This document shows, piece after piece, positions 21,033 through 30,056 of a stretch of 32,000 bases of DNA. The notes under the pieces are model-generated. The model saw nothing but the letters and a program-made list of their open reading frames with translations, was not told the DNA's origin and ran no database searches. The translations under genes and the position numbers were made by a program. The DNA is from Pseudomonas aeruginosa (GTDB taxonomy: Bacteria > Pseudomonadota > Gammaproteobacteria > Pseudomonadales > Pseudomonadaceae): NCBI RefSeq assembly GCF_001457615.1, contig NZ_LN831024.1, forward strand, positions 1,950,001 through 1,982,000. The letters are read 5' to 3'. Positions within the stretch are counted from its first letter, which is position 1; the number at the start of each line of letters is the position of its first letter.

Positions 21033-21108
21033 GTCCCCTTCGTCTAGTGGCCTAGGACACCGCCCTTTCACGGCGGTAACAGGGGTTCGAGTCCCCTAGG
21101 GGACGCCA
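21033..21108 (+). tRNA. tRNA-Glu (TTC), copy 2
   Basis: Identical 76-nt sequence to copy 1. Confidence 0.97.
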
Positions 21109-21134
21109 CTTTTTCCCGCTCTGCGGGGCTCTAT

Positions 21135-21171
21135 AGGGCCATTCCGAATTGGAATGGCCCTTTTGTTTTTC
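21135..21171 (+). terminator. Terminator of the tRNA cluster
   Basis: GGGCCATTCC-GAATT-GGAATGGCCC followed by TTTTGTTTTT. Confidence 0.85.
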
Positions 21172-21220
21172 CCTTTTCGAATTTCCTGACAGACGGCCCG
21201 GCCGTACGCTTGCCGATTTT

Positions 21221-21250
21221 TATTATGCATATAATATTTCATCCATAATA
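21221..21250. promoter_or_regulatory. Candidate operator for the adjacent TetR
   Basis: TATTATG-N16-CATAATA inverted repeat in an AT-rich island 15 bp upstream of the TetR start. Confidence 0.4.
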
Positions 21251-21265
21251 TTTTCGGGGATCGTC

Positions 21266-21808
21266 ATGAGCGACAAGAAAACCCAGACCCGTGCCCGCAT
21301 CCTCGGTGCCGCCACCCAGGCCCTGCTCGAGCGGGGCGCCGTCGAACCTAGCGTCGGGGAAGTGATGGGCGCGGCGGGGCTCACCGTCGGCGGCTTCTAT
21401 GCCCACTTCCAGAGCAAGGATGCGCTGATGCTCGAGGCGTTCGAGCAATTGCTCGGCAAGCGCAGCGAACTGCTCGGCGAACTCGATCCCGGATTGTCGG
21501 GAAAGGAGCGTCGTGCCTTGGCGGCCGCCTTCTACCTGTCGCGCAAGCATCGGGACGCACAGGTCGACGCCGGTTGTCCGCTGCCGGCGACCCTAGCCGA
21601 GGTGGCGCGCCTGCCGGAGGGGTTTCGCGAGGTCTTGAGCAGGCATGTCGAGATCATGGTCGCCAGCCTGGCGGAAAGTCCCGAGGAAACCGACGTCGCC
21701 CTGGCCGACCTGGTGTTGATGATTGGCGGTTTGGCGCTGGCCCGGGCATTGGGGCCGGGCGAGCTGTCCGACCGGGTTCTGCGTGCCGCCAAGCAGGCGG
21801 TGAACTGA
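21266..21808 (+). CDS. TetR/AcrR-family transcriptional regulator
   Basis: MSDKKTQTRARILGAATQALLERGAVEPSVGEVMGAAGLTVGGFYAHFQSKDALM HTH; start trimmed from track ORF. Confidence 0.9.
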   Translation: MSDKKTQTRARILGAATQALLERGAVEPSVGEVMGAAGLTVGGFYAHFQSKDALMLEAFEQLLGKRSELLGELDPGLSGKERRALAAAFYLSRKHRDAQVDAGCPLPATLAEVARLPEGFREVLSRHVEIMVASLAESPEETDVALADLVLMIGGLALARALGPGELSDRVLRAAKQAVN

Positions 21809-21819
21809 GGAGGTACGAG

Positions 21820-22677
21820 ATGAGCAGCCTGACCTGGATTCGCGGTTTCAACGGGACGATCGGCCGCATCGCGCCGCGTTGGACGGCCGAGCGTATGCGT
21901 CGGGCGTTCATGATGCCTGGCGAGTGGCCGCCGAAGGATTGGGAGCTGCCGCTGCTGGCCAGCTCGGAGCGCGTCACTCTGCGCTTCGGGCTGTCGGTGT
22001 TGTGCTGGGGAGAGGGGCCGGCAGTCCTGCTGCTGCATGGCTGGGCCGGCAGGCCGACACAGTTCGCCCATCTGATCGAGCAACTGGTCGGCGCGGGTTA
22101 TTCGGTGTATGCCCTCGATGCGCCGGCCCATGGCCGCTCGCCGGGCAGGGAGGCGAACGTGGTGCTGTTCGCCCACGCCTTGCTGGAGGCCGCTGGCGAG
22201 TTGCCGCCGCTGCGTGCGGTGGTCGGTCATTCCCTGGGTGGCGCGGCGGCGTTGCTGGCAGCCCAGATGGGGCTGCGCAGCGAAGCGCTGGTGACGGTCT
22301 CGGCGCCGTCGCGGATTCTCGAACAGTTGCGCCTGTTCGCTCGTTTCGTCGGTTTGCCGGCCCTGGCTCGCTCGCATTTCATCCGCCTGGTCGAGCGGCA
22401 GGCGGGCATATCCGCGGCGTGCCTGGATGTGGCGCGCTACCGTCTGGAAATGCCCGGACTGGTGGTGCATGCCGACGACGACACGCGCGTAGCGGTGGAA
22501 AATGCCGAGCGCATCCATGCCGCCTGGCCGGCCAGTCGCTTGCTGCGCCTGCCGGGCGGCGGCCACCACCGACTGCTCGGCGAGCGCAGGCTGAGCGAGT
22601 CGCTGCTGGCGCTGCTCGAGGAGCGCCCGGCGATGCGCGCTTGCCGGCGCGTGGAAAAGACGGCGAGCGCTTCCTGA
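21820..22677 (+). CDS. Alpha/beta hydrolase
   Basis: VLLLHGWAGRPTQFAHLIEQL, VGHSLGGAAALLAA (nucleophile elbow), DDDTRV, GGGHHRLL; ATG 21820 with GAGGAGG SD. Confidence 0.85.
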   Translation: MSSLTWIRGFNGTIGRIAPRWTAERMRRAFMMPGEWPPKDWELPLLASSERVTLRFGLSVLCWGEGPAVLLLHGWAGRPTQFAHLIEQLVGAGYSVYALDAPAHGRSPGREANVVLFAHALLEAAGELPPLRAVVGHSLGGAAALLAAQMGLRSEALVTVSAPSRILEQLRLFARFVGLPALARSHFIRLVERQAGISAACLDVARYRLEMPGLVVHADDDTRVAVENAERIHAAWPASRLLRLPGGGHHRLLGERRLSESLLALLEERPAMRACRRVEKTASAS

Positions 22678-22783
22678 GGCGCGTAGCAGAGGGGTTGTCG
22701 TTGTCCTGACCTCGGTTCTTCGGTAAAAAGCGCTGTGGCCCGCGCGGAGCGATCCGGCGGGGCGAGCCGTTTCGAATCGAGGA

Positions 22784-23437
22784 ATGCCCATGACATTGCC
22801 GCTGGATCGGGTCCTGCTGCAGGCCAGCCCGGTATTGCCGGTGCTGGTGATCGAGGACGTGGCGCTGGCGCCCGACCTGGCGCGCGCGTTGTATGCGGGC
22901 GGCGTCACGGTGTTGGAAGTGACGCTGCGCACGCCGCAGGCGCTGGACGCGATCGCCGCCATCCATCGCGAGGTGCCCGAGGTCCTGCTGGGGGCGGGTA
23001 CCCTGATCCACACCGAGCAGTTTCTCGAGGCACGCGACGCGGGCGCGCAGTTCGCCGTCAGCCCCGGATGCACGCCGCGCCTTGCCGCCGCCGCGGAGGA
23101 TGCCGGCCTGCCATACCTGCCCGGGGTGATGACGCCTTCGGAAGTGTTGCTGGCGCTGGAGTACGGTTATCGCTCGCTGAAGCTGTTCCCGGCCGATGGC
23201 ACTGCCAGCGTGAAAATGCTGAAAAGCCTGAAGGGGCCGTTCACCGGCATCCGCTTCTGCCCGACCGGCGGGGTCAACCTGGACAACCTGCTGAATTTCC
23301 TCCGCCTGCCCAATGTCGCCTGTGTCGGCGGCACCTGGCTGGCGCCGCCGAGCTTGATCCGGGCGCGGGCCTGGGATCAGATCACACAACTGGCCAGGGA
23401 AGCGCGCGAACTGGCCGGCAGCCTGGAGCAGCATTGA
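22784..23437 (+). CDS. KHG/KDPG aldolase-like protein (2-dehydro-3-deoxyphosphogluconate aldolase family)
   Basis: LYAGGVTVLEVTLRTPQALDAI, GAGTLI, CTPRL, KLFPAD, CPTGGVN motifs. Confidence 0.88.
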   Translation: MPMTLPLDRVLLQASPVLPVLVIEDVALAPDLARALYAGGVTVLEVTLRTPQALDAIAAIHREVPEVLLGAGTLIHTEQFLEARDAGAQFAVSPGCTPRLAAAAEDAGLPYLPGVMTPSEVLLALEYGYRSLKLFPADGTASVKMLKSLKGPFTGIRFCPTGGVNLDNLLNFLRLPNVACVGGTWLAPPSLIRARAWDQITQLAREARELAGSLEQH

Positions 23438-23931
23438 TGAATTGGGACTACGCCGATCCGTTCGTGATCGACCTCAGGGTCCTCACCGAGGACATCGACG
23501 GGCTCGGCCACGCGAACAACGCCGTCTACGTCAGTTGGTTGGAGCGCTGCGCCTGGCGCCACTCGCAGCGGCTGGGCCTGGACCTGGCCGAGTACCGCCG
23601 GCTGGACCGGGCGATGGCGGTGCTGCGCCACGAGATCGACTACCTGGCCGCGGCCTACGAGGGCGACGAACTGCAACTGGCGACCTGGATCGTCGAGTCC
23701 GACCAGCGCCTGCGGATGAACCGGCGCTTCCAGTTGGTACGCCCGGCGGATGGCGCCACGCTGCTGCGGGCGCAGACCACCTTCGTCTGCATCGAACTGT
23801 CCAGCGGCAAGCCGAAGCGGATGCCGGCGGAGTTCATCGACGGCTACGGCCAGGCTCTGCTCGCCGGGCCTGACCCGTCGCGCGTCGGCCGGCAGGCATT
23901 CGCACTTTGTTCCGGGCGGCGGATTCTCTAG
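23437..23931 (+). CDS. 4-hydroxybenzoyl-CoA thioesterase-like (hot-dog fold) protein
   Basis: DIDGLGHANNAVYVSWLERCAWRHSQRLG; start inside a longer track ORF, overlapping the upstream stop (TGATG). Confidence 0.82.
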   Translation: MNWDYADPFVIDLRVLTEDIDGLGHANNAVYVSWLERCAWRHSQRLGLDLAEYRRLDRAMAVLRHEIDYLAAAYEGDELQLATWIVESDQRLRMNRRFQLVRPADGATLLRAQTTFVCIELSSGKPKRMPAEFIDGYGQALLAGPDPSRVGRQAFALCSGRRIL

Positions 23932-23942
23932 AATCCGCCGCC
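23915..23942. repeat. Perfect 12-bp-arm inverted repeat across the thioesterase stop codon (possible terminator/attenuator)
   Basis: GGCGGCGGATTC-TCTA-GAATCCGCCGCC. Confidence 0.7.
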
Positions 23943-23965
23943 TGTCATTTTCGAGGTAGTGGTTC

Positions 23966-24925
23966 GTGCAAATCGCCCTGGCGCCGATGGAAGGTCTGGT
24001 GGATGAAATCCTCCGCGACGTGCTGACCCGCGTCGGCGGCATCGATTGGTGCGTCACCGAATTCATCCGCATCACCGATCGCCTGCTGCCGGCCACGGCT
24101 TTCCACAAGCTGGCGCCGGAGCTGCGCGACGGCAGCCGGACCCGCGCCGGGACGCCGATGCGTGTGCAGTTGCTCGGCTCCGATCCTGCGTGCCTGGCGG
24201 ATAACGCCGCGTTCGCCTGTGAGCTGGGTGCCCCGGTGATCGACCTGAACTTCGGTTGTCCGGCCAAGACCGTGAACCGCTCGCGCGGCGGCGCGGTATT
24301 GCTCAAGGAGCCGGAGCTGATGCACGACATCGTCGCCGCCGTGCGTCGCGCGGTGCCGAGCGAGATTGCTGTGACCTCGAAGATGCGCCTGGGCTACGAC
24401 AGTCCCGACGGCGCCCTGGATTGTGCGCGGGCCCTGGCCGACGGCGGCTCGGCCCATGTAGTGGTGCATGCCCGGACCAAGGTCGATGGCTACAGGCCGC
24501 CGGCGCACTGGGAATGGGTGGCGCGGGTGGCCGAGGCGGTGCGCGTGCCGGTGTTCGCCAATGGCGAAGTGTGGACGCTCGACGACTACCTGCGTTGTCG
24601 CGAGGTCAGCGGGGTGGAGGACATCATGCTCGGTCGCGGCCTGGTCTCGCGTCCTGGCCTGGCTCGGCAGATCGCCGCCTGGCGCGATGGCGGCGAAATC
24701 CGCGAGATGCCCTGGAGCGAGCTGTTGCCGCTGCTGCGCGACTTCTGGCTGCAGGCCCGGCGCAAGCTCGCCCCGCGCTATGCCCCGGGCCGTCTCAAGC
24801 AGTGGCTGGGCATGCTCACCCGCACCTATCCCGAAGCCGTCGAGCTGTTCGCACGGATTCGCCGGGAAAGCGATTGCGAAACCATCGACCGGCTGTTGCA
24901 GGTGTCGTTCAGCCAGGCGGCCTAG
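23966..24925 (+). CDS. dusC: tRNA-dihydrouridine(16) synthase
   Basis: GTG start; [61 protein letters not shown]. Confidence 0.9.
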
Positions 24926-24939
24926 CTTGCGTACCAGGC

Positions 24940-25686
24940 CTAGCGGCCGCCGCTGACATCGATGAAGGTGCCGGTGCTGTAGCTGGCTTCGTCCGACGCC
25001 AGCCAGAGAATCGCCCGCGCGACTTCCTCCGCCGTACCGCCGCGTCCTAGCGGTATGCCGCCCTTCAGGCGTTCGATACGGCCGGGCTCGCCGCCGCTGG
25101 CGTGGATCTCGGTATCGATCAGTCCGGGCCGCACCGCGTTGACCCGGATACCCTCCGCCGCCACTTCCCTGGCCAGACCGATGGTCATGCTGTCGATGGC
25201 GCCCTTGGCGGCGGCATAGTCGATGTATTCGTTGGGCGATCCCAGCCGCGAGGCCATCGAGGACACGTTGACGATGCTGCCGCCGCGCCCGCCGTGGCGG
25301 GTCGACAGGCGCTTCACCGCCTCGCGGGCGCAGAGGAAGCTGCCGGTCACGTTGGTCGCGAATACCCTGTGCAGGCGCGCCGCGTCGATGTTTTCCAGGC
25401 GCGTCTGCGCTTCCAGCATGCCGGCGTTGTTGACCAGCACGTCGAGGCGGCCGAAACGTTCGTCGATGGCGGCGAACAGCCGCTCGACATCGCCTTCCTC
25501 GGCTACGTCGGCCGCCACCGCCAGGGCTTCGCCGCCCTGGCGCTCGATGCGCTGGCGCAGCGCTTCGGCGGCCTCGCGGTTGCGCAGATAGTTGAGGACG
25601 ACCGCATAGCCGCGTTCGGCGGCGAGCAGAGCGGTGGCGGCGCCGATGCCGCGGCTGGCTCCGGTGACCAGCATGACGTTGCGCAT
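24940..25686 (-). CDS. Short-chain dehydrogenase/reductase (SDR)
   Basis: MLVTGASRGIGAATALLA, NNAG, SSMASRLGSPNEYIDYAAAKGAID, ILWLASDEASYSTGTFIDVSGGR. Confidence 0.92.
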   Translation of the reverse strand: MRNVMLVTGASRGIGAATALLAAERGYAVVLNYLRNREAAEALRQRIERQGGEALAVAADVAEEGDVERLFAAIDERFGRLDVLVNNAGMLEAQTRLENIDAARLHRVFATNVTGSFLCAREAVKRLSTRHGGRGGSIVNVSSMASRLGSPNEYIDYAAAKGAIDSMTIGLAREVAAEGIRVNAVRPGLIDTEIHASGGEPGRIERLKGGIPLGRGGTAEEVARAILWLASDEASYSTGTFIDVSGGR

Positions 25687-25702
25687 GATGATGCTCCCCA
25701 GG

Positions 25703-26506
25703 TCAGTAGCGAGTGAAGGTCAGGTAGTCGGCGTCCCAGCCCAGGCCCTGCCAGAACAGGTTGGACAGCGGCGCGTCAAGGGCCGATTGCGCGCGGATCA
25801 GGCCGGCGCCGCGCGAGCGCAGGGCCTCCTCGGCGCTGCCCACCAGTTCCCGGGCCAGGCCCTGGCGGCGGGCCTGCGGCAATACGTAGAGCTCTGCGAT
25901 CTCTCCGACCCGTGCCTGACCGTCCTCGATCTGCCACAAGTGGGCGAGGACGAAACCGCGGGGATGCTGCTGGGCCTCCGCCAGCCAGAGCAAGCGGTTG
26001 CGCGAGGCGGCCAGGAGCAGTGCCTGGATCGCCTGTTGGTCGCCGGCATCCAGGGTTTCCCCGGCTTCGCGGACATTGGCTTGCCAGAGCGCGGCCACCG
26101 CGGGGACGTCGTCGCCGCTGGCCAGGCGAACCCGGTGTTGCTCTGGCGTCGCATCGAGCTCCTGGCCGACCCGCAGCAGGTTGCCGTCGGGATCGACCAG
26201 GGCGAATTCGCGCATACCCCAGGGCTGGTCTTCCAGGGCCGTGATGCGTGGAATCCCCTGGCCGCCCAGGCCGAGGGCCGCGGCCTGGCGATGCAGCGCC
26301 TGGGCGTCCTCCAGGCGCAGGTAGGCAGCGCTGCAATTGGTCTTCGGTTCGAGCGCCTCGAACAGCGACAGGTGCAGCTCCAGGGCGCCGCGCTGGAGGA
26401 TGGCGTAGGTCGGATAGCGAGCGCCAAGGTGGAAGCCGAGGGACTGGTAGAAGGCGCTGGCGCTGTCCAGATCGCGGCAGGGGAAGGTCGGGATTGCGCG
26501 TTCCAT
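25703..26506 (-). CDS. Two-domain protein: N-terminal glyoxalase/bleomycin-resistance-like, C-terminal GNAT acetyltransferase
   Basis: N-term IPTFPCRDLDSASAFYQSLGFHLGARYPTYAILQRGALELHLS...; C-term IAELYVLPQARRQGLARELVGSAEEALRSRG. Confidence 0.8.
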   Translation of the reverse strand: MERAIPTFPCRDLDSASAFYQSLGFHLGARYPTYAILQRGALELHLSLFEALEPKTNCSAAYLRLEDAQALHRQAAALGLGGQGIPRITALEDQPWGMREFALVDPDGNLLRVGQELDATPEQHRVRLASGDDVPAVAALWQANVREAGETLDAGDQQAIQALLLAASRNRLLWLAEAQQHPRGFVLAHLWQIEDGQARVGEIAELYVLPQARRQGLARELVGSAEEALRSRGAGLIRAQSALDAPLSNLFWQGLGWDADYLTFTRY

Positions 26507-26568
26507 GGCGACGGTTCTCGAAAGGATGAGTTTCGATCTGAGCACGACGAACGGTCGTTCTCAAGGCT

Positions 26569-26596
26569 CTTGAAATACTTCCGACGATCCCTATCT
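26569..26596 (+). promoter_or_regulatory. Candidate sigma32 (heat-shock) promoter of ibpA
   Basis: CTTGAAA - 13 nt - CCCTATCT. Confidence 0.7.
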
Positions 26597-26601
26597 AGTT
26601 C

Positions 26602-26663
26602 GTGCGGGATGCCGAAGACGGGTTCCGCACCAGAGTACTTGCTGATAATTCAGGAGATTCGCA
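26602..26663 (+). promoter_or_regulatory. ROSE-like RNA thermometer in the ibpA 5' UTR
   Basis: Upper hairpin GTGCGG...CCGCAC, then CTTGCTG-ATAATT-CAGGAG hairpin occluding the SD with the characteristic opposed G-G in TTGCT/AGGAG. Confidence 0.8.
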
Positions 26664-27113
26664 ATGAGCAACGCTTTTTCCCTCGCTCCGCTGTTCCGTC
26701 ATTCCGTAGGCTTCGATCGCTTCAACGATCTGTTCGAGTCGGCCCTGCGCAATGAGGCCGGGAGTACCTACCCGCCCTACAACGTCGAAAAGCACGGTGA
26801 CGACGAGTATCGCATCGTCATCGCCGCCGCCGGCTTCCAGGAAGAAGACCTGGACCTGCAGGTCGAGCGCGGCGTGCTGACCGTCAGTGGCGGCAAGCGC
26901 GAGAAGTCCACGGACAACGTGACCTACCTGCACCAGGGCATCGCCCAGCGCGCCTTCAAGCTGTCGTTCCGCCTCGCCGATCATATCGAGGTCAAGGCGG
27001 CTTCGCTGGCCAACGGCCTGCTGAACATCGACCTGGTCCGGCTGGTTCCGGAAGAAGCCAAGCCGAAGCGTATCGCCATCAATGGCCAGCGCCCGGCACT
27101 GGACAACCAGTAA
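26664..27113 (+). CDS. ibpA: Small heat-shock protein (Hsp20/IbpA)
   Basis: MSNAFSLAPLFRHSVGFDRFNDLFESAL...YPPYNVEKHGDDEYRIVIAAAGFQEEDLDLQVERGVLTVSG. Confidence 0.96.
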   Translation: MSNAFSLAPLFRHSVGFDRFNDLFESALRNEAGSTYPPYNVEKHGDDEYRIVIAAAGFQEEDLDLQVERGVLTVSGGKREKSTDNVTYLHQGIAQRAFKLSFRLADHIEVKAASLANGLLNIDLVRLVPEEAKPKRIAINGQRPALDNQ

Positions 27114-27129
27114 CCGTCAGCGGTGATCG

Positions 27130-27157
27130 AAAAAAGGCGCCTTCGGGCGCCTTTTTT
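27130..27157. terminator. Bidirectional terminator between ibpA and the SGNH hydrolase gene
   Basis: AAAAAAGGCGCC-TTCG-GGCGCCTTTTTT. Confidence 0.88.
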
Positions 27158-28485
27158 CATTTCGTTGCGCTATCGGCCCGGGGCTCCGCCGGTAGGCCGT
27201 CGGGCACCTCGTCCAGCAGGACGTCGAGGTCGACGGCGGCCGCCATCGCCCGGTTGCCTTCGTCGCTGGGGTGCAGATGGTCGCCGGAGTCGTAGCGCGC
27301 GGCGAGCCGCGACGGCTGCTCCGGATCGCGCAATGCCGCGTCGAAGTCGATCACCGCATCGAAGGCGCCGGCATGACGGATCCACTCGTTAACCTGCCTG
27401 CGCAGGGCTTCCTTGGCGGGATGGTAATAATCGCTCAATGGCGTGCCGGGCAGTGCGCCCTCGAACGGCGTGAGGGTCGCGCCGACGACCCGGATACCCC
27501 GGTTGTGCGCCCGTTCGATCAATTGCCGGTAGCCGGCGATCAGCGCTTCCAGGGTGGGCGGTGCGGCATTCCGGGCGAAAGCGGTACCGGGCCAGGCAAT
27601 GTCGTTGATGCCGAGCATCACCACCATGCTGCTTGCGCCTGGCTGGGCCAGTACGTCGCGGTCCAGACGTGCCAGCGCGCTCGCGCCCATGCCGTCGCTC
27701 AGCAGACGGGCGCCGGAAATCCCCGCATTGACCACGGCGACGCCATGCGGGGCCAGGCGTTCGGCGAGGAAGTCCGGCCAACGGCTGTTCCGGTCGAGGC
27801 TGGCGCTGGCTCCGTCGGTGATCGAGTCGCCGAGCGTCACCAGCGTCCGCGTTGCCGTTTCGGTTTCGACCAGGATACCTGTCAACAGCAGGCGCGCGCT
27901 GGTGCTCTGGCTGTCCGCCGCGTCCAGCTGCAATGCGTGGCTTTGGGTCTGCTCGCCGGCGACGATCCAGCCCGTCTGGCGGCCGTCCCAGTGGAAGGTT
28001 TCCATGGGCGTGGCGGCCGGCAGGTAGAGACTCACCAGCACCTGCGAGAGCGCGGCCACCGGCATCGCCACCGGATCGCTGAGTAGCGTGGCGCCGGGCG
28101 CGATGGTCGCCGTCCGGCGTCCGCCAAAGGTCACGTCATGCAGGCTGCCGGTGGCGACCGCGGCGCGCTCGGAACCCGGTTTGGCCAGGGTGGCCCGGCC
28201 GATCCGGATCGGGCGCCTTCCATAGGTATTTGCCAGGACGATGCGCACGCGCGTTCCTCCCAGGCTGATTCGCGCCAGTTGCCGCACCGTCTGGTCGTGC
28301 AGTTCGGCCGGCACGTTGCTGGGAAACAGGAAGTCCTCAGCCCAGACCGGCTGCGGGCTGGCCTGCCAGCTGGCGGTCCAGGAAGCGGCCGGCGCGGCGC
28401 AGGCGTACAACAGGCTCGTCGCGAGCGCGAAGGCCCGGGTTGCGCTGGAGGTCGCGGCGGGAAGTCTTTCGATGGGTCGTTTCAT
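27157..28485 (-). CDS. Secreted SGNH/GDSL-type hydrolase (lipase/esterase-like)
   Basis: Signal peptide (ATRAFALATSLLYACAAPAASW); TLGDSITDGASASLDRNSRWPDFLAERL, GNDI-like MLGINDI, SGDHLHPSDEG. Confidence 0.85.
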   Translation of the reverse strand: MKRPIERLPAATSSATRAFALATSLLYACAAPAASWTASWQASPQPVWAEDFLFPSNVPAELHDQTVRQLARISLGGTRVRIVLANTYGRRPIRIGRATLAKPGSERAAVATGSLHDVTFGGRRTATIAPGATLLSDPVAMPVAALSQVLVSLYLPAATPMETFHWDGRQTGWIVAGEQTQSHALQLDAADSQSTSARLLLTGILVETETATRTLVTLGDSITDGASASLDRNSRWPDFLAERLAPHGVAVVNAGISGARLLSDGMGASALARLDRDVLAQPGASSMVVMLGINDIAWPGTAFARNAAPPTLEALIAGYRQLIERAHNRGIRVVGATLTPFEGALPGTPLSDYYHPAKEALRRQVNEWIRHAGAFDAVIDFDAALRDPEQPSRLAARYDSGDHLHPSDEGNRAMAAAVDLDVLLDEVPDGLPAEPRADSATK

Positions 28486-28596
28486 GTCGTTGAATTCAGT
28501 GGTTATCCTGTAGCTGATGATGAATTCAAAGATTTAAGGGGAATAGGCCGTAGCGGGGAACATCATTTATGAAGCGAAATCATCAGGCAGGGCGCC

Positions 28597-29507
28597 ATGG
28601 CCCGGCTTGAAGTCAACCGTTCCGGCGAACTGGAGGTGTTTGCCCGGGTCGTCGAGTCGGGGGCTTTTCCGCCGCCGCTCGACGTTGCGGCATGACGCCC
28701 TCGGCAGTCAGCAAGTTGATCACCCGGCTCGAACAGCGCCTGGGAACCCGCTTGCTGAACCGCTCCACCCGACAATTGCAACTGACACCCGAGGGATGCG
28801 CGTTCTACGAGCGCGGGGTGCGTATCCTGGCCGACCTGGAGGAGGCCGAGCGGTGTGCGAGCGAAAACGCGGCGCCGCGTGGGCGCTTGCGAGTCAACGC
28901 CAACGTGCCTTTCGGGCATCACTTCCTGCTGCCGCTGGTGCCCGAGTTCCTCGCGCAGCATCCCGAGGTGACGCTGGATATCGTGCTGACCGATGAGGTC
29001 GTCGACATCCTCGAGCAGCGCACCGACGTGGCCGTGCGCGCGGGGCCGCTGAAAAGCTCGAGCCTGGTGGCGCGCAAGCTGGGGAGCACGCGCATGCTGA
29101 TCGTCGGTGCGCCGGCCTATCTGGCCCGGCATGGCATGCCGGCCACGCCGCAGGCGCTGCTGGGGCACAACCGCCTCGGCGCCAACTATGTGCGAGCGCG
29201 CTCCGGCTGGCCGTTGCGGGACGGTGGCGAGGAACTCGTGGTGCCGTTGTCGGGCAACGCCCAGGCCAGCGATGGCGAGGCGCTGCGCCGTCTGGCCGTG
29301 GCCGGCCTGGGCCTGGCGCGGCTGGCCGCGTTCCAGGTGCGCGAGGACATAGCCGCCGGGCGCCTGATTCCCGTGCTCGAGGCATACAACCCGGGCGACC
29401 TGGAGGAAGTCCACGTCGTCTACGTCGGCCAGGGCGGCTATCTGCCGCTGCGCGTGCGGGCGTTCCTGGACTTTCTGGCGGAGCGCGTCGATATGAGCCA
29501 GGGTTGA
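28597..29507 (+). pseudogene. LysR-family transcriptional regulator with apparent 1-nt frameshift in a G tract (28659-28663)
   Basis: ATG 28597 encodes MARLEVNRSGELEVFARVVESG, then the reading shifts to ...GFSAAARRCGMTPSAVSKLITRLEQRLGTRLLNRSTRQLQLTPEG; one added G restores a ~303-aa LysR. Confidence 0.8.
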
Positions 29508-29586
29508 TCGCAGTGCTACATGAATACGCCGATTCCGCGGCCGAAAGCTTTTCTTCCTAGCGCTTCATCCACAGGAGGCAATCCAG

Positions 29587-29964
29587 ATGAGCGATGACAT
29601 CCAGCGTTACCCCAGCAGCCTGCCGTTTCCCTTTTCCCGCGCGGTGCGGGCCGGCGGCTTCCTGTTTCTTTCCGGACAGGTGCCGATGAGTCCGACCGGC
29701 GAGGTGGTACGTGGCGATATCCAGACCCAGACCGAAGCGGTGATGGCACGCATCGGCGAGACCCTGGAGAGCTGTGGCGCGCGTTTCGACCAACTGGTGA
29801 AGGTCACCGTCTGGCTGTCGGACATGGCCCACTTCGCCGGTTTCAACGAGGTCTACCAGCGTCATGTGCAGGGGGCCTTGCCGGTACGCTCGACGGTGAC
29901 CGCCGGGCTGGCGCTGGGGGTCGACGTGGAGGTCGAGGTGCAGGCGTGGGTCGGCGAGGGCTGA
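29587..29964 (+). CDS. RidA family (YjgF/YER057c/UK114) protein
   Basis: FPFSRAVRAGGFLFLSGQVPMSPTGEVVRGDIQTQTEAVMARI; SDMAHFAGFNEVYQRHV. Confidence 0.92.
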   Translation: MSDDIQRYPSSLPFPFSRAVRAGGFLFLSGQVPMSPTGEVVRGDIQTQTEAVMARIGETLESCGARFDQLVKVTVWLSDMAHFAGFNEVYQRHVQGALPVRSTVTAGLALGVDVEVEVQAWVGEG

Positions 29965-30056
29965 GTCGCGAGGGCATTGGCATGCAGGTCGGGTGAGCGC
30001 TGGCCGCGGACGGCAAAGAGGGGAGGGCCTACCCGTGGCGTCCGACCTGAATCGCT

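Noticed and set aside
22735-23436. N-terminal ~230 aa of the 398-aa track ORF as part of the thioesterase
   Set aside because: This stretch is an out-of-frame reading of the KDPG-aldolase gene; the real product starts at MNWDYADP (23437).
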